Positions 8,361 to 17,600 of a DNA stretch of 38,187 nt are shown piece after piece. Origin of the DNA: an uncultured Nitrospirota bacterium (GTDB lineage Bacteria; Nitrospirota; Nitrospiria; JACQBZ01); contig CAYJTJ010000003.1 in assembly GCA_964372835.1 (NCBI GenBank), positions 1-38,187 on the forward strand. Direction: 5' to 3'. The notes under the pieces are model-generated. The model searched no databases. It was not told the DNA's origin and was given only the letters and a program-made list of their open reading frames with translations. A program made the position numbers and the translations under genes. How positions within the stretch are numbered: the first letter of the stretch is position 1; every line of letters begins with the position of its first letter.

Positions 8361-10055
8361 ATGCGCCGGCATGACATCCTGATCGTGGGGGCCGGTCTGG
8401 CCGGGATGCGGGCGGCGATTGCTGCCGCGCCGGGGCTGGATGTGGCGGTTGTTTCCAAGGTGCATCCCGTGCGGAGCCATTCCGTGGCGGCGCAAGGCGG
8501 GATCAATGCGGCCCTGGACCCGAATGATTCGTGGGAGTCGCATGCCTTTGATACCGCCAAGGGAAGCGCCTACCTGGGTGATCAGGACGCGATCGAGGTG
8601 ATGTGCCGTGAAGGACCGAATGACCTGGCGGAGCTTGAGCGGATGGGGGCGATCTTCAGCCGGACCCCGGAGGGAAAGATCGCCCAGCGACCGTTCGGCG
8701 GGGCGGGTTTCCCGCGGACCTGTTATGCGGCCGACCGAACCGGTCATGCGCTCCTGCATGCCCTGTACGAGCAGCTCCTCAAGAATGGAATTTTCGTCTA
8801 CGAGGAGTGGTACGTCCTATCCCTGATCATCGAAGATAAGGTCTGCCGCGGCGTGATGGCCATGGATGTCTACCGCGGGGATCTGCATGCCATCGAGGCC
8901 AAGGCCGTTATTTTCGCCACGGGGGGATACGGTCGGGTCTACTCCACCAGCACGAATGCCGTGATCAACACCGGCGACGGGATGAGCATGGCCTACCGCG
9001 CGGGCGCCCCGCTCATGGACATGGAGTTTGTCCAGTTCCACCCAACCACGCTTCGGGAAACCGGAATCTTGATCACCGAAGGGGCCCGCGGGGAGGGCGG
9101 ATACCTTCTCAACTCCATGGGCGATCGGTTCATGACGAATTACGATTCCGAACGGATGGAGCTGGCCACGCGCGATTTCGTCAGCCGGTGCGAACAGAAG
9201 GAGATCGAGGAGGGACGCGGGGAGGGCGGCTGCGTTCTCCTGGACCTGCGGCATCTCGGAAGGAAGAAGATCATGGAGCGGCTTCCCCAGATCCGGGAGC
9301 TGGCGATTTGGTTTGTGGGCGTCGATCCGATCGAGTCGCCCATCCCCGTGAGGCCCGGGGCGCACTATTCCATGGGCGGGATCCGCACGAATGCCTGGGG
9401 GGAGACCGAGCTGGCCGGTTTTTTTGCGGCGGGCGAGTGCGCCTGCGTGAGCGTTCATGGGGCCAACCGCCTGGGCGGAAATTCGCTTCTCGAAACGATC
9501 GTCTTCGGCCGTCGGGCCGGGATGCGGGCGTCCGAGTATGTCCGGAAGGCCGCCGCGCCGGAACTTTCTCCCGTCCATCTACGGTCCGCCCGAGATAATA
9601 TCGATGAACTCCTTTCCCGTAAAAAGGGGGAGCGGATCGCCCCGCTTCGGGAGGAACTGGGCGCGACGATGACGGATCACCTGGGAATCGTCCGGACGAG
9701 GAAAAAGATGGATGAGGCCCTCCGGAGGGTTCGCGAGATTCGCCTTCGATACGCCGGAATCTACCTTCAGGACCGGGGGAAAATTTTCAACAGCGAGCTC
9801 GTCAACGCACTGGAGCTTGATTCGTTGATCGATCTGGCCGAAACGATCGTGGTCGGTGCGATCGCGCGCGAAGAGAGTCGAGGGTCCCATTACCGAGCCG
9901 ATTTCCCGGATCGGAACGATGCGGCTTGGCTGAGACACATCCTCGTTTATCGGACCGAATCCGGCCCCCGGCTTAATCAGGCCTCGGTTACGATCACGCG
10001 CTTCCCGCCGGAGGACCCGTCCGCCGCCAAACCTCCGCGGAGAAAAGCGTCCTAA
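8361..10055 (+). CDS. sdhA: Succinate dehydrogenase / fumarate reductase flavoprotein subunit
   Basis: FAD fold [15 protein letters not shown]. Covalent-FAD histidine context [40 protein letters not shown] and [16 protein letters not shown] are also present. Confidence 0.85.
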   Translation: MRRHDILIVGAGLAGMRAAIAAAPGLDVAVVSKVHPVRSHSVAAQGGINAALDPNDSWESHAFDTAKGSAYLGDQDAIEVMCREGPNDLAELERMGAIFSRTPEGKIAQRPFGGAGFPRTCYAADRTGHALLHALYEQLLKNGIFVYEEWYVLSLIIEDKVCRGVMAMDVYRGDLHAIEAKAVIFATGGYGRVYSTSTNAVINTGDGMSMAYRAGAPLMDMEFVQFHPTTLRETGILITEGARGEGGYLLNSMGDRFMTNYDSERMELATRDFVSRCEQKEIEEGRGEGGCVLLDLRHLGRKKIMERLPQIRELAIWFVGVDPIESPIPVRPGAHYSMGGIRTNAWGETELAGFFAAGECACVSVHGANRLGGNSLLETIVFGRRAGMRASEYVRKAAAPELSPVHLRSARDNIDELLSRKKGERIAPLREELGATMTDHLGIVRTRKKMDEALRRVREIRLRYAGIYLQDRGKIFNSELVNALELDSLIDLAETIVVGAIAREESRGSHYRADFPDRNDAAWLRHILVYRTESGPRLNQASVTITRFPPEDPSAAKPPRRKAS

Positions 10056-10090
10056 AAACGCAACAGATCAGCCGCCGCCGTGTCGTTTTT
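10055..10090 (+). terminator. Weak terminator-like hairpin after sdhA
   Basis: AAAAACG(CA)ACA-N14-TGTCGTTTTT. The stem is AT-poor, short and bulged, and is followed by a T5 run. Confidence 0.25.
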
Positions 10091-10277
10091 ATGCGACAAA
10101 GGGGTGTCCCATTGGATTTAAATATCGATCGAATCTTCCGGGGGATTTATTTATTATATTGTAATTACAGTAAGTTCTGATAAGTCCCTCCCACCCGATC
10201 ATCTCTAGAACAGACCTGGTATGTTATATGCATGTCCATAGCGGCAGCATTTAACCTTGTTTTATGGCGAACCACCG
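10091..10277 (+). promoter_or_regulatory. AT-rich intergenic island upstream of lpxC (presumed promoter/operator region)
   Basis: Visibly AT-rich compared with flanking DNA. Contains a perfect 10-bp palindrome TGTAATTACA at 10160..10169 and an extended -10-like TGtTATATG at 10222..10230. No good -35 was found. Confidence 0.35.
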
Positions 10278-11186
10278 ATGATGATGACCCAACACACAAT
10301 AATCGAAACAATCCGCTGTTCCGGAATCGGACTTCATTCCGGAGGTCCGGTCACCCTGGCTCTGATCCCGGCCCCCCCCGATACGGGCATCGTCTTCCTG
10401 CGCAAAAATGGAGGACGACCGGTGCCGGTCCGCGTGGATGGGACGAACATCGTGGGCACCGTCCTTTCGACCACGATCGGGGAGAACGGTTACAAGGTCC
10501 AGACGGTCGAACACCTTCTCGCCGCGCTGTCGGCCCTGGGCATTACAAATTTGATGATCGAACTGGACTCGGCCGAGCTGCCCATCATGGACGGCAGCGC
10601 CATGCCGTTCGTGGATCTGATCCGGAAGGCAGGTATTCATGAGCAGGGGGAGCCTCAGCCGGTCTTGAAGATCCTTCAACCGATTGAGGTGGGAGAGGGC
10701 GATCGACGGATCGTCCTCCGGCCCTCGCCCGTGTTCCGAGTGAACTGCACCATCCGGTTCGATCATCCGCTGGTTTCCCAGCAGAGATACCTCTATACGG
10801 CTTCCGCGGAGTCGTTCGTCCGCGAGATCGCGCCGGCGCGCACGTTCGGGTTTCTTGACGAGGTGGAGGCGCTCCGCCGGCAGGGGTTGGCCCGGGGCGG
10901 ATCACTCGAGAACGCGGTCGTGATCGGTCCCGAAGGGATCCTCAATGAGCAGGGGCTCCGATATCCGGATGAATTCGTGCGCCACAAGGTGCTGGACATC
11001 CTCGGGGACATGGCGCTCCTGGGGATGCCGACCCTGGGAGAGGTTGAGGCGGACTGCCCGGGTCACCAGATCAACAGCCGCCTCGTGGCAAAAATCCTGG
11101 CCTCGCGCGAATCCTGGATCATCCTGGGGGATCGCCGGCCCTCGTCGATTCCGACCGCGTTGTCCCATATCGCGGCGTCCATTTAA
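10278..11186 (+). CDS. lpxC: UDP-3-O-acyl-N-acetylglucosamine deacetylase
   Basis: IRCSGIGLHSGGPVTLALIPAPPDTGIVF, VEHLLAALSALGI and HKVLDILGDMALLG are LpxC motifs. The start was chosen at the first ATG of the triple ATG. The track lists TTG 10257. Confidence 0.9.
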   Translation: MMMTQHTIIETIRCSGIGLHSGGPVTLALIPAPPDTGIVFLRKNGGRPVPVRVDGTNIVGTVLSTTIGENGYKVQTVEHLLAALSALGITNLMIELDSAELPIMDGSAMPFVDLIRKAGIHEQGEPQPVLKILQPIEVGEGDRRIVLRPSPVFRVNCTIRFDHPLVSQQRYLYTASAESFVREIAPARTFGFLDEVEALRRQGLARGGSLENAVVIGPEGILNEQGLRYPDEFVRHKVLDILGDMALLGMPTLGEVEADCPGHQINSRLVAKILASRESWIILGDRRPSSIPTALSHIAASI

Positions 11187-11188
11187 CC

Positions 11189-11335
11189 ATGAGACGCTTA
11201 CGCGCTCAAGTCGGAACCGCCGCCCTTTCGGGCCTCATCGACCTCGTACGATTCGGGCTCATCGTCATGCTCTTTCTGTTTCTCGCCGGCTTCCTCTGGG
11301 CCGCCTCAATCATCGGATATCTGACACGGCCATAA
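11189..11335 (+). CDS. Possible 48-aa small membrane protein (below ORF-track cutoff)
   Basis: Manual translation gives MRRLRAQVGTAALSGLIDLVRFGLIVMLFLFLAGFLWAASIIGYLTRP. It has a basic N-terminus plus one hydrophobic helix. The ATG lies 2 nt after the lpxC stop. Confidence 0.35.
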   Translation: MRRLRAQVGTAALSGLIDLVRFGLIVMLFLFLAGFLWAASIIGYLTRP

Positions 11336-11419
11336 TCCTCTCCTGGACCGATCAACCGACTTTCCCTCTCCGATCCCAACGGTGACCTAGAACGGCAGCT
11401 TCAAACCGCCCCGGCCCCC

Positions 11420-12109
11420 TCACTCGACGCCGATCAGTTCCACTTCGAAGATGAGCGTGGCGTTGGGCCCGATGATCGGTGCGGCGCCGCGATCCCCGTA
11501 GGCCAAATCGGGCGGCACGATGATCTCCCACTTGGAGCCGACCGGCATGAGCTGGAGGGCTTCGGTCCAGCCGGGGATAACGGCATTCACGGGAAACTTG
11601 GCCGGTTCGCCCCGCTCGAGCGAGCTGTCGAATTCCGTTCCGTCGATCAGCGTTCCCCGGTAGTGGGTCGAGACCGTATCGGTCAACCGGGGTTTCTGAC
11701 CCGTTCCGGCCTTGATCACACGGTACTGGAGGCCGCTGGTGAGGGCGACGACATCCTTCTTCTTCTTATTTTCGACCCGAAAGGAGTCCCCTTCCTTCTT
11801 GTTCTTTTCGCTGATCTGTTTGTGGCGGGCCTCGGCTTTCCCCCGCATCTCCTGCTGAAATTGGGATAAGACCTCCCGCGCCTCCTCTTCCGTGAGGAGA
11901 GATTTTCGGTCCGATATCGCGTCGCGGAGGCCCTGCAGGAGGGCATCGGGATTGATATCGATCTCTTCCTTTTTTATGTTGGAGCCGATGTCCCTCCCGA
12001 TGCTGTAGCTAATTTTGTCCTTCTGCGTTTTGAGCCCGGACGGCTCCGCCGAAATCGACGGTGCCGCAATGAAAAGAACGCCGATGACCGAAATGAAACC
12101 GAACCGCAT
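11420..12109 (-). CDS. fkpA: Periplasmic FKBP-type peptidyl-prolyl isomerase (FkpA/Mip-like)
   Basis: Signal peptide [21 protein letters not shown] and an FKBP_N-like helical region. The C-terminal FKBP domain reads [15 protein letters not shown]...[18 protein letters not shown]...YGDRGA. A perfect AAGGAGG lies 6 nt upstream. Confidence 0.85.
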   Translation of the reverse strand: MRFGFISVIGVLFIAAPSISAEPSGLKTQKDKISYSIGRDIGSNIKKEEIDINPDALLQGLRDAISDRKSLLTEEEAREVLSQFQQEMRGKAEARHKQISEKNKKEGDSFRVENKKKKDVVALTSGLQYRVIKAGTGQKPRLTDTVSTHYRGTLIDGTEFDSSLERGEPAKFPVNAVIPGWTEALQLMPVGSKWEIIVPPDLAYGDRGAAPIIGPNATLIFEVELIGVE

Positions 12110-12229
12110 CGTATTCCTCCTTAGGGTGATGTGGCTTGACGCCTCGGGTCGGCCTGGCGACGAGACCGCGGATCCGGCCGGTGATCGAGACGAAGGTCAT
12201 TGGGTCGGGGCGGGACCTTCGCTTAAATT

Positions 12230-12258
12230 CATATAACGGAATACAATGGATATGTCAA
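12230..12258 (-). promoter_or_regulatory. Sigma70-type promoter for fkpA
   Basis: The minus strand reads TTGACA-17 nt-TATATG. The predicted leader is about 115 nt and contains the hairpin CGAAGGTC-N15-GACCTTCG. Confidence 0.5.
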
Positions 12259-12277
12259 CCGGATATTGGGAGGGTCA

Positions 12278-12306
12278 TTGACGGCCGAGCGCGAAAGCGA
12301 TAGAAT
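12278..12306 (+). promoter_or_regulatory. Sigma70-type promoter for the RecB-like nuclease gene
   Basis: TTGACG-17 nt-TAGAAT, about 28 nt upstream of the GTG start, which is itself preceded by GGGAGG. Confidence 0.5.
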
Positions 12307-12333
12307 TCCGGCAACGCCGAGGGAGGACTGCCG

Positions 12334-13791
12334 GTGGGGGAATCGCTGATGCTTTCCGCTTCCGATATCGCCTTGTCCCGGTCCGATCCGTTCGGATTGT
12401 GGCACGACTACTACGGGGATCCGAAGTGGAAAGACCCGGAGGACGAATATCTGCTGTTCTTGAAGGAGCAAGGACAAAAAATCGAGCGGGAGTTGCTCCG
12501 CCTGCGCCACCGGGATTATTCCGACCTGTCGGGACGGCCCTTCGAGGCGGCCGTCGGCCCGACGACAGACCTCTTGAAATCCGGTTGCGCCGTCATTTAC
12601 GGGGGGGCCTTGGAGTCCCTGCCGTTGGGGCTCCGGGCCCGGCCGGATGTCATGGAGCTGAAGGACCGTCATTGCCGGATCGAGGAATACAAGCTCGCCG
12701 GTACCCCGGACGAGCTGCATTTTACTCAGGCATCGGTCTACACCTATTTAATTCGCCGGGGGTACGGGCTTGAAGCCCAATCCCGAATCGTCAACCGGGC
12801 CAACCAGGATTTTCCGGTTTCCTACCGTGAAGAGGAGATCGAATCGGTCATCCGAACGGCCAGGGAAATTTTGAGCCGACCATTCTCTCCCCCGCCCACC
12901 TATAACTGTCCTTCGCGCTGGCGACGGCTTCAGAATCGGACGGCGCACGACCTTAAGGACATTACCCTGGCCTGGAATATCGGCGCGGTTGGGGCCGCCA
13001 AGCTTCGACGGATGGACATGAATACCCTGGAGGATCTGGTGAGAAAGGGTCCGAGTACGCTTCCGGGAATGAAGGGTATGGGAACGAAGAAAATCTCCCG
13101 GATCCTCAATTCGGCCAAGGCGCAGTTGACACGGCGTCCGATCCGTGTGGCTCCCTTCCGGCTATCGGGGGATCCGCCTGAAATAGAAATGTATCTGGAT
13201 CTGGAAGGGAGCGGGGAACTGTTTCAAGACGATCCGGCCTGGAACTGTATTTATCTGATCGGTGTGATTCCCCGTCGGAAGGATGGAGAGGAAGAATACC
13301 TTTCCTTCCTAGCCCGGCGGCCCCTGGATGAGCGGGCGATCCTTGTGGCCTTTCTTGATTTCCTTCGGCAACGGGAGGGCCGTTACCGTCTCTACCACTG
13401 GGATCACTATGAAAAGACCCAGCTCAGAAAGGCGAGCCAACGTCACGGCCTACAGGCCGAATGGGAGGCCTTGATCCTCCCAAACCTGGAAGACCTCTGC
13501 CGTGCGGCCCAAGCCGCCTATGTCCTCCCGACCCCGGGTTTCAGCATCAAGGTGGTCGCGCCGTATTTCGGGTTTCAATGGAGGCAGGCGGCCTGGGAGG
13601 TGGACGCGATGCGGAGCGCCATGATCTGGTTTAAGCAGGCCGCGCAGGGCGGGAATGCGAGGGATCTGGATAAAGTCCTCCGGTACAATGAGGACGACTG
13701 CCGCGCCATGATCGCGGTCAAGGACGGTTTGGAAAAATTGACCGGCCGTCTGCGGCCGGAGTCCGGGGGGAATTTTAACGGTAGTTCGTGA
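12334..13791 (+). CDS. TM0106-type putative nuclease: N-terminal Cas4/RecB-like PD-(D/E)xK domain, HhH, C-terminal RNase-H-fold (YprB/DEDD-like) exonuclease domain
   Basis: RPDVMEL...IEEYKL (D...ExK) followed by QASVYTYL (QxxxY). HhH-like [29 protein letters not shown] (DxE), [11 protein letters not shown] and [10 protein letters not shown] are also present. Confidence 0.75.
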   Translation: MGESLMLSASDIALSRSDPFGLWHDYYGDPKWKDPEDEYLLFLKEQGQKIERELLRLRHRDYSDLSGRPFEAAVGPTTDLLKSGCAVIYGGALESLPLGLRARPDVMELKDRHCRIEEYKLAGTPDELHFTQASVYTYLIRRGYGLEAQSRIVNRANQDFPVSYREEEIESVIRTAREILSRPFSPPPTYNCPSRWRRLQNRTAHDLKDITLAWNIGAVGAAKLRRMDMNTLEDLVRKGPSTLPGMKGMGTKKISRILNSAKAQLTRRPIRVAPFRLSGDPPEIEMYLDLEGSGELFQDDPAWNCIYLIGVIPRRKDGEEEYLSFLARRPLDERAILVAFLDFLRQREGRYRLYHWDHYEKTQLRKASQRHGLQAEWEALILPNLEDLCRAAQAAYVLPTPGFSIKVVAPYFGFQWRQAAWEVDAMRSAMIWFKQAAQGGNARDLDKVLRYNEDDCRAMIAVKDGLEKLTGRLRPESGGNFNGSS

Positions 13792-14266
13792 ACTGGAGCG
13801 GAAGCCCGAAGTCCTGTCCCTTCAACAGGGCCATGACGGTCTGAAGCTCGTCCTTGCTCTTGCTTAAGACGCGGACCTGGTCGCCCTGGATTTGGGTCTG
13901 GGCCTTCAATTTGGAATCTCGAATCGCCTGGGTGATTTCCTTGGCTTTTTCCGAGGAGATCCCCTGCTTAAGCGAGATCTTCTGGCGTACCGTCCCGCCG
14001 AGCGCGGGCTCCACCGCTCCGAGCGTCAGGGCCTTGAGCGAGACGCCGCGTTTGACCAGCTTCGACCGGAGAATGTCCACGACGCTCTTGAGTTTGTAAT
14101 CGTCGTCCGAGACGACGATCAGGTCGTCTCCTTCGAGGGTTACGCTGCTCTGACTTCCCTTGAAGTCAAACCGCTGGGCGAGTTCCTTTCGGGCCTGGTC
14201 GACGGCGTTGCGGACTTCCTGCATCTCGATCTTCGATACGATATCGAATGAATTGAGACCCGGCAT
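13775..14266 (-). CDS. yajQ: YajQ-family nucleotide (cyclic di-GMP) binding protein
   Basis: [33 protein letters not shown] ... [13 protein letters not shown] ... LQFTNYR is collinear with YajQ/UPF0234. The 3' end overlaps the convergent nuclease gene by 17 nt. Confidence 0.9.
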   Translation of the reverse strand: MPGLNSFDIVSKIEMQEVRNAVDQARKELAQRFDFKGSQSSVTLEGDDLIVVSDDDYKLKSVVDILRSKLVKRGVSLKALTLGAVEPALGGTVRQKISLKQGISSEKAKEITQAIRDSKLKAQTQIQGDQVRVLSKSKDELQTVMALLKGQDFGLPLQFTNYR

Positions 14267-14281
14267 GGGCGAGAACCTCGG

Positions 14282-14689
14282 TTAAGGGTTATCCGTCTTT
14301 AGAATGTCAAGGACGAGATCGGCCAGTTTCTGGGGGCTGAAGGGCTTGCTGAGATAGCCGGTCGCCCCGAGCGCCAGCCCCTTTTCCTGGCTCGTCTGTT
14401 CCCCGCGGGCCGTGAGCATCAAGATCGGGATACGGGACGTCTCGGGATCGGACTTCAGCCTTTCACAGGCCTCGAATCCATTCATCTTGGGCATCATGAC
14501 GTCCATCAGGATGATGTCGGGACTCTCGGATCGGGCCCGTTCGATCGCTTCGAGGCCATTCGTCGCCTCGATCACGTCCAGACCGCACCGGCCGAGTTTG
14601 ATCGCAATTAACTGTCGAACAAAGAGCTCGTCATCCACGACGAGGACCTTCCGGCCCTTTGGGAGGGCTTCCGGCGTCAAGGCCATCAC
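14282..14689 (-). CDS. Stand-alone CheY-like response regulator receiver
   Basis: KVLVVDDE, phospho-acceptor context IILMDVMMPKMNGFE, and LTA...KPF. The start (GTG 14689 or ATG 14686) overlaps the stop of the upstream kinase. Confidence 0.85.
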   Translation of the reverse strand: MMALTPEALPKGRKVLVVDDELFVRQLIAIKLGRCGLDVIEATNGLEAIERARSESPDIILMDVMMPKMNGFEACERLKSDPETSRIPILMLTARGEQTSQEKGLALGATGYLSKPFSPQKLADLVLDILKTDNP

Positions 14690-17600
14690 GCTCCCTCGGA
14701 AGGCGGGGCCTTCCGAGGCGTTTCCGGGCGGGCGACCACGCGATTTCCGCCCTCGGCCCGAGCCGCGTCCAATGCCCGGGTGGCCTGGACGATGAGTTGT
14801 TCGGGCGTCTCGGCGTCGTCGAAGAACGTCGCGACGCCCACGCTGATCGTCATCGCGTGCCGGTCTTCATTCTGTCGGGAGGGCGCCTCGACACCGAATG
14901 CGTGTTTTTGGATCGCCTCCCGAAGCTTCTCCCCGACGAGAACGGCCGAGGCCTTGGGCGTCTCGGTCAGGAGGATGGCGAAGGTCGTCCCCCCGCAGCG
15001 GCAGATCGGATTCGCGGCCCGAGTATGGTTCCGGAAAAGATCGGCCGCCTGCCGAATGACCTCGTTTCCGGCCTCGACCCCGTACTGCTTGTTGAAGGCT
15101 TGAAATCCATCCAGGTTCGTCATGATCAACGAGAAGTTTTTCCGGACTCGAAGCGCCCGGTTGACCTCGTCGGCCAGCCGGTTGTTCAGGTAGCGTTCGT
15201 TGTAGAACCCGGTCAATCCGTCCACCATCCGGGCCTTGTCCGGGTAGAGCTTCTCGAACTTCCGGATCTCGGCCAGAAGGGATTCCCGAAGGGGGCGCCC
15301 TTTGGGGATGACGCCGCGGATCTTCGTATTTAGCCGATTTTGGTCATCCTCGGTGAGCGTGCGGGCCGTGAAAATAATCACGGGAATGTTTCGGGCCGTC
15401 GGGTGGACCTTGAGTCGCTCCAGCGCCTCAAACCCGTCCACATCCGGCATCAGAAGGTCCAGGAGAATCAGGTCCGGCTGGACCTCGATGGCCAGATCGA
15501 TTCCGTCCTGCGCCCGCTGCGACTTTAAGATGCCGTAGCCCTCGTTCGTGAGGATGGCCGAGATCAATTGGAGGATCTTTTCATCGTCGTCGATGACCAG
15601 GATCGTGACCGGCTTACGGGCAATCTTGGTGGAGAGGCTGAGCTTCTTTAAACTCTCAAGCAGGGCCTTCCGGTCGATCGGCTTTGAAAAGTAATCGGTG
15701 GCCCCAAGGCTGAAGCCCAGCTCGCGGTTCTCGATGATCGAGATAATAATGACCGGGATATCCTTGGTCTCGGGCAGCTGTTTGAGCTTCTGAAGCACCT
15801 CCCAGCCGTCGCGGCGGGGGAGCATGATGTCGAGGGTAATCGCGAAGGGCTGAAGCCGTCGGGCCTTGGTGATCGCCTCCTCCCCGTCGACGGCCTGATC
15901 CACATGATACCCCTCCTGCGCCAGATAGAGCGTGAGGAGCCGGGCCACCGTGGGATCGTCCTCCACCACGAGAATTCGGGGGAGGGACGATGCGGCGCCC
16001 TGGAGGCCCGCCGCGGTCTGGATGGGGATCGATTCCGGCTCGACGCTCATCGGGCGGCCGGTTCCGAGAGAGGGCTCGACCCGCGGCTCGACGGCAACCG
16101 GCTGCTCTCGCACCCGGCCGGCCTGGATGGGAAAGGTGATCGTGAAGGTGCTGCCCCGATTCGGTTCGCTCTCCACTTCGATCCGGCCCCCGATCAGCCC
16201 CATGAACTGCCGTGAGATCGTGAGCCCTAACCCCGTCCCGGAATAATCACGCGTGAAGGTGCTGTCGACCTGCTGGAACTCCTCGAAGATCCGGGCCTTG
16301 TCCTGAGGGCGGATCCCGATCCCGGTATCGGATACGCCGATCTCGACGGCCGGGTCTCCGTCCAGGCGGGTCTGCCGGGCCCCGATCGAGATCCGGCCCC
16401 CGACCGGGGTAAACTTGATCGCGTTGCTGAGAAGGTTGAGCAGGATCTGCTTGATCTTCCCTTCGTCCGTATAGATGAGCGGGCTGCCGGTTTCGATGCG
16501 GGATTCCAGATGTAATCCCTTCTTCACGACCAGGGGTGTGACGGTGCGCTTTACGGTCTCAATGAGGACCGGCAGTTCGAACCGCTGGTAATGGACCTCC
16601 ATTTTCCCGGCCCGCAGTTTGGTCAAATTCAGGAGATTGTTGATGATCTCCAGAAGGTGATGCCCGCTTTCCTGCATGTTCCGGATGTAGTCTTCCTGGT
16701 CCGGTGTGAGGTCGCCCGGGATACGGTCCAGGAGGAGTTCGGAGAAGCCGATGATCGAAGTCAGGGGGAGGCGCAGTTCATGGCTGACGTTTGAGAGGAA
16801 CTCGGATTTGAAACGGTCGATTTCCTTCAGGCGTTCGACCATCATCTTTTCACGCTCATACAGGGTTGCGTTGTCGATCGCGGTGCCCATCTGGTTGCCG
16901 ATCGACGAGAGGAGCTGGAGATCCGAGGGATTAAATTGCCGCGGAATCATGCTGGCGATCGTCAGCGTCGCCACCAGCCGATTCTTGCTGTTGATCGGGA
17001 TCGAGACGATGGATTGGAAACCCGCCCGAACAAGAGGGGCCTGGGCGTACTCCTTCAGTCCGGGTCCTTCGACCCGGAGAGGTTCTCCCAACTCGGCCAC
17101 CTTCCCGGCGATATGATCGCCGGCCCCCAGTTCGGATGCGGCCTGGACGACCCCATCGGGAATGCCCCGGTAGGATTTGAGATACAGCTTTTGGGCGGTG
17201 TCGTCCCAGAGATGGATCCCGCCCGCCTCGATCCCCATGACCTCCAGAATTTTGTTCAAGGACGCATCCAGAATCTCCTGGATATCCAGCGACTGGTTGA
17301 CCGTCTGGGCGATTATGTTTACCCCGGTCAATTCCTTCGTCCGGTCCGCCACGCGCTGTTCGAGGCCGGTATAGGAGTCCTGGAGATTGGCGGCCATTCG
17401 GTTGAATTCATCGGCCAGCTGTTCAATCTCGTCATGGGTACGGATTTGCAGGCGGTGGGAGAGATTTCCCTTGCCGATCAGCTCGGTCCCCTCATGGAGG
17501 AGATGAATCGGTTGCACAAACCGCTTTGAAACAGCCAGGGCCAGGAGGACCAGGAGACCCAGCAGGATTACGCTCGCGGCCGAGGCATAGGTCAGGAGGG

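Noticed and set aside
10091-10180. 29-codon ORF (MRQRGVPLDLNIDRIFRGIYLLYCNYSKF) in the AT-rich island
   Set aside because: It has no Shine-Dalgarno sequence and starts inside the T-run of the putative sdhA terminator. Its composition simply mirrors AT-rich DNA.
10945-11385. 146-aa plus-strand ORF overlapping the lpxC 3' end and the small-peptide region
   Set aside because: It is out of frame with lpxC over most of its length. The translation is Arg/Ser/Pro-rich with no recognisable motif. The 48-aa frame at 11189..11335 is the more plausible coding reading there.
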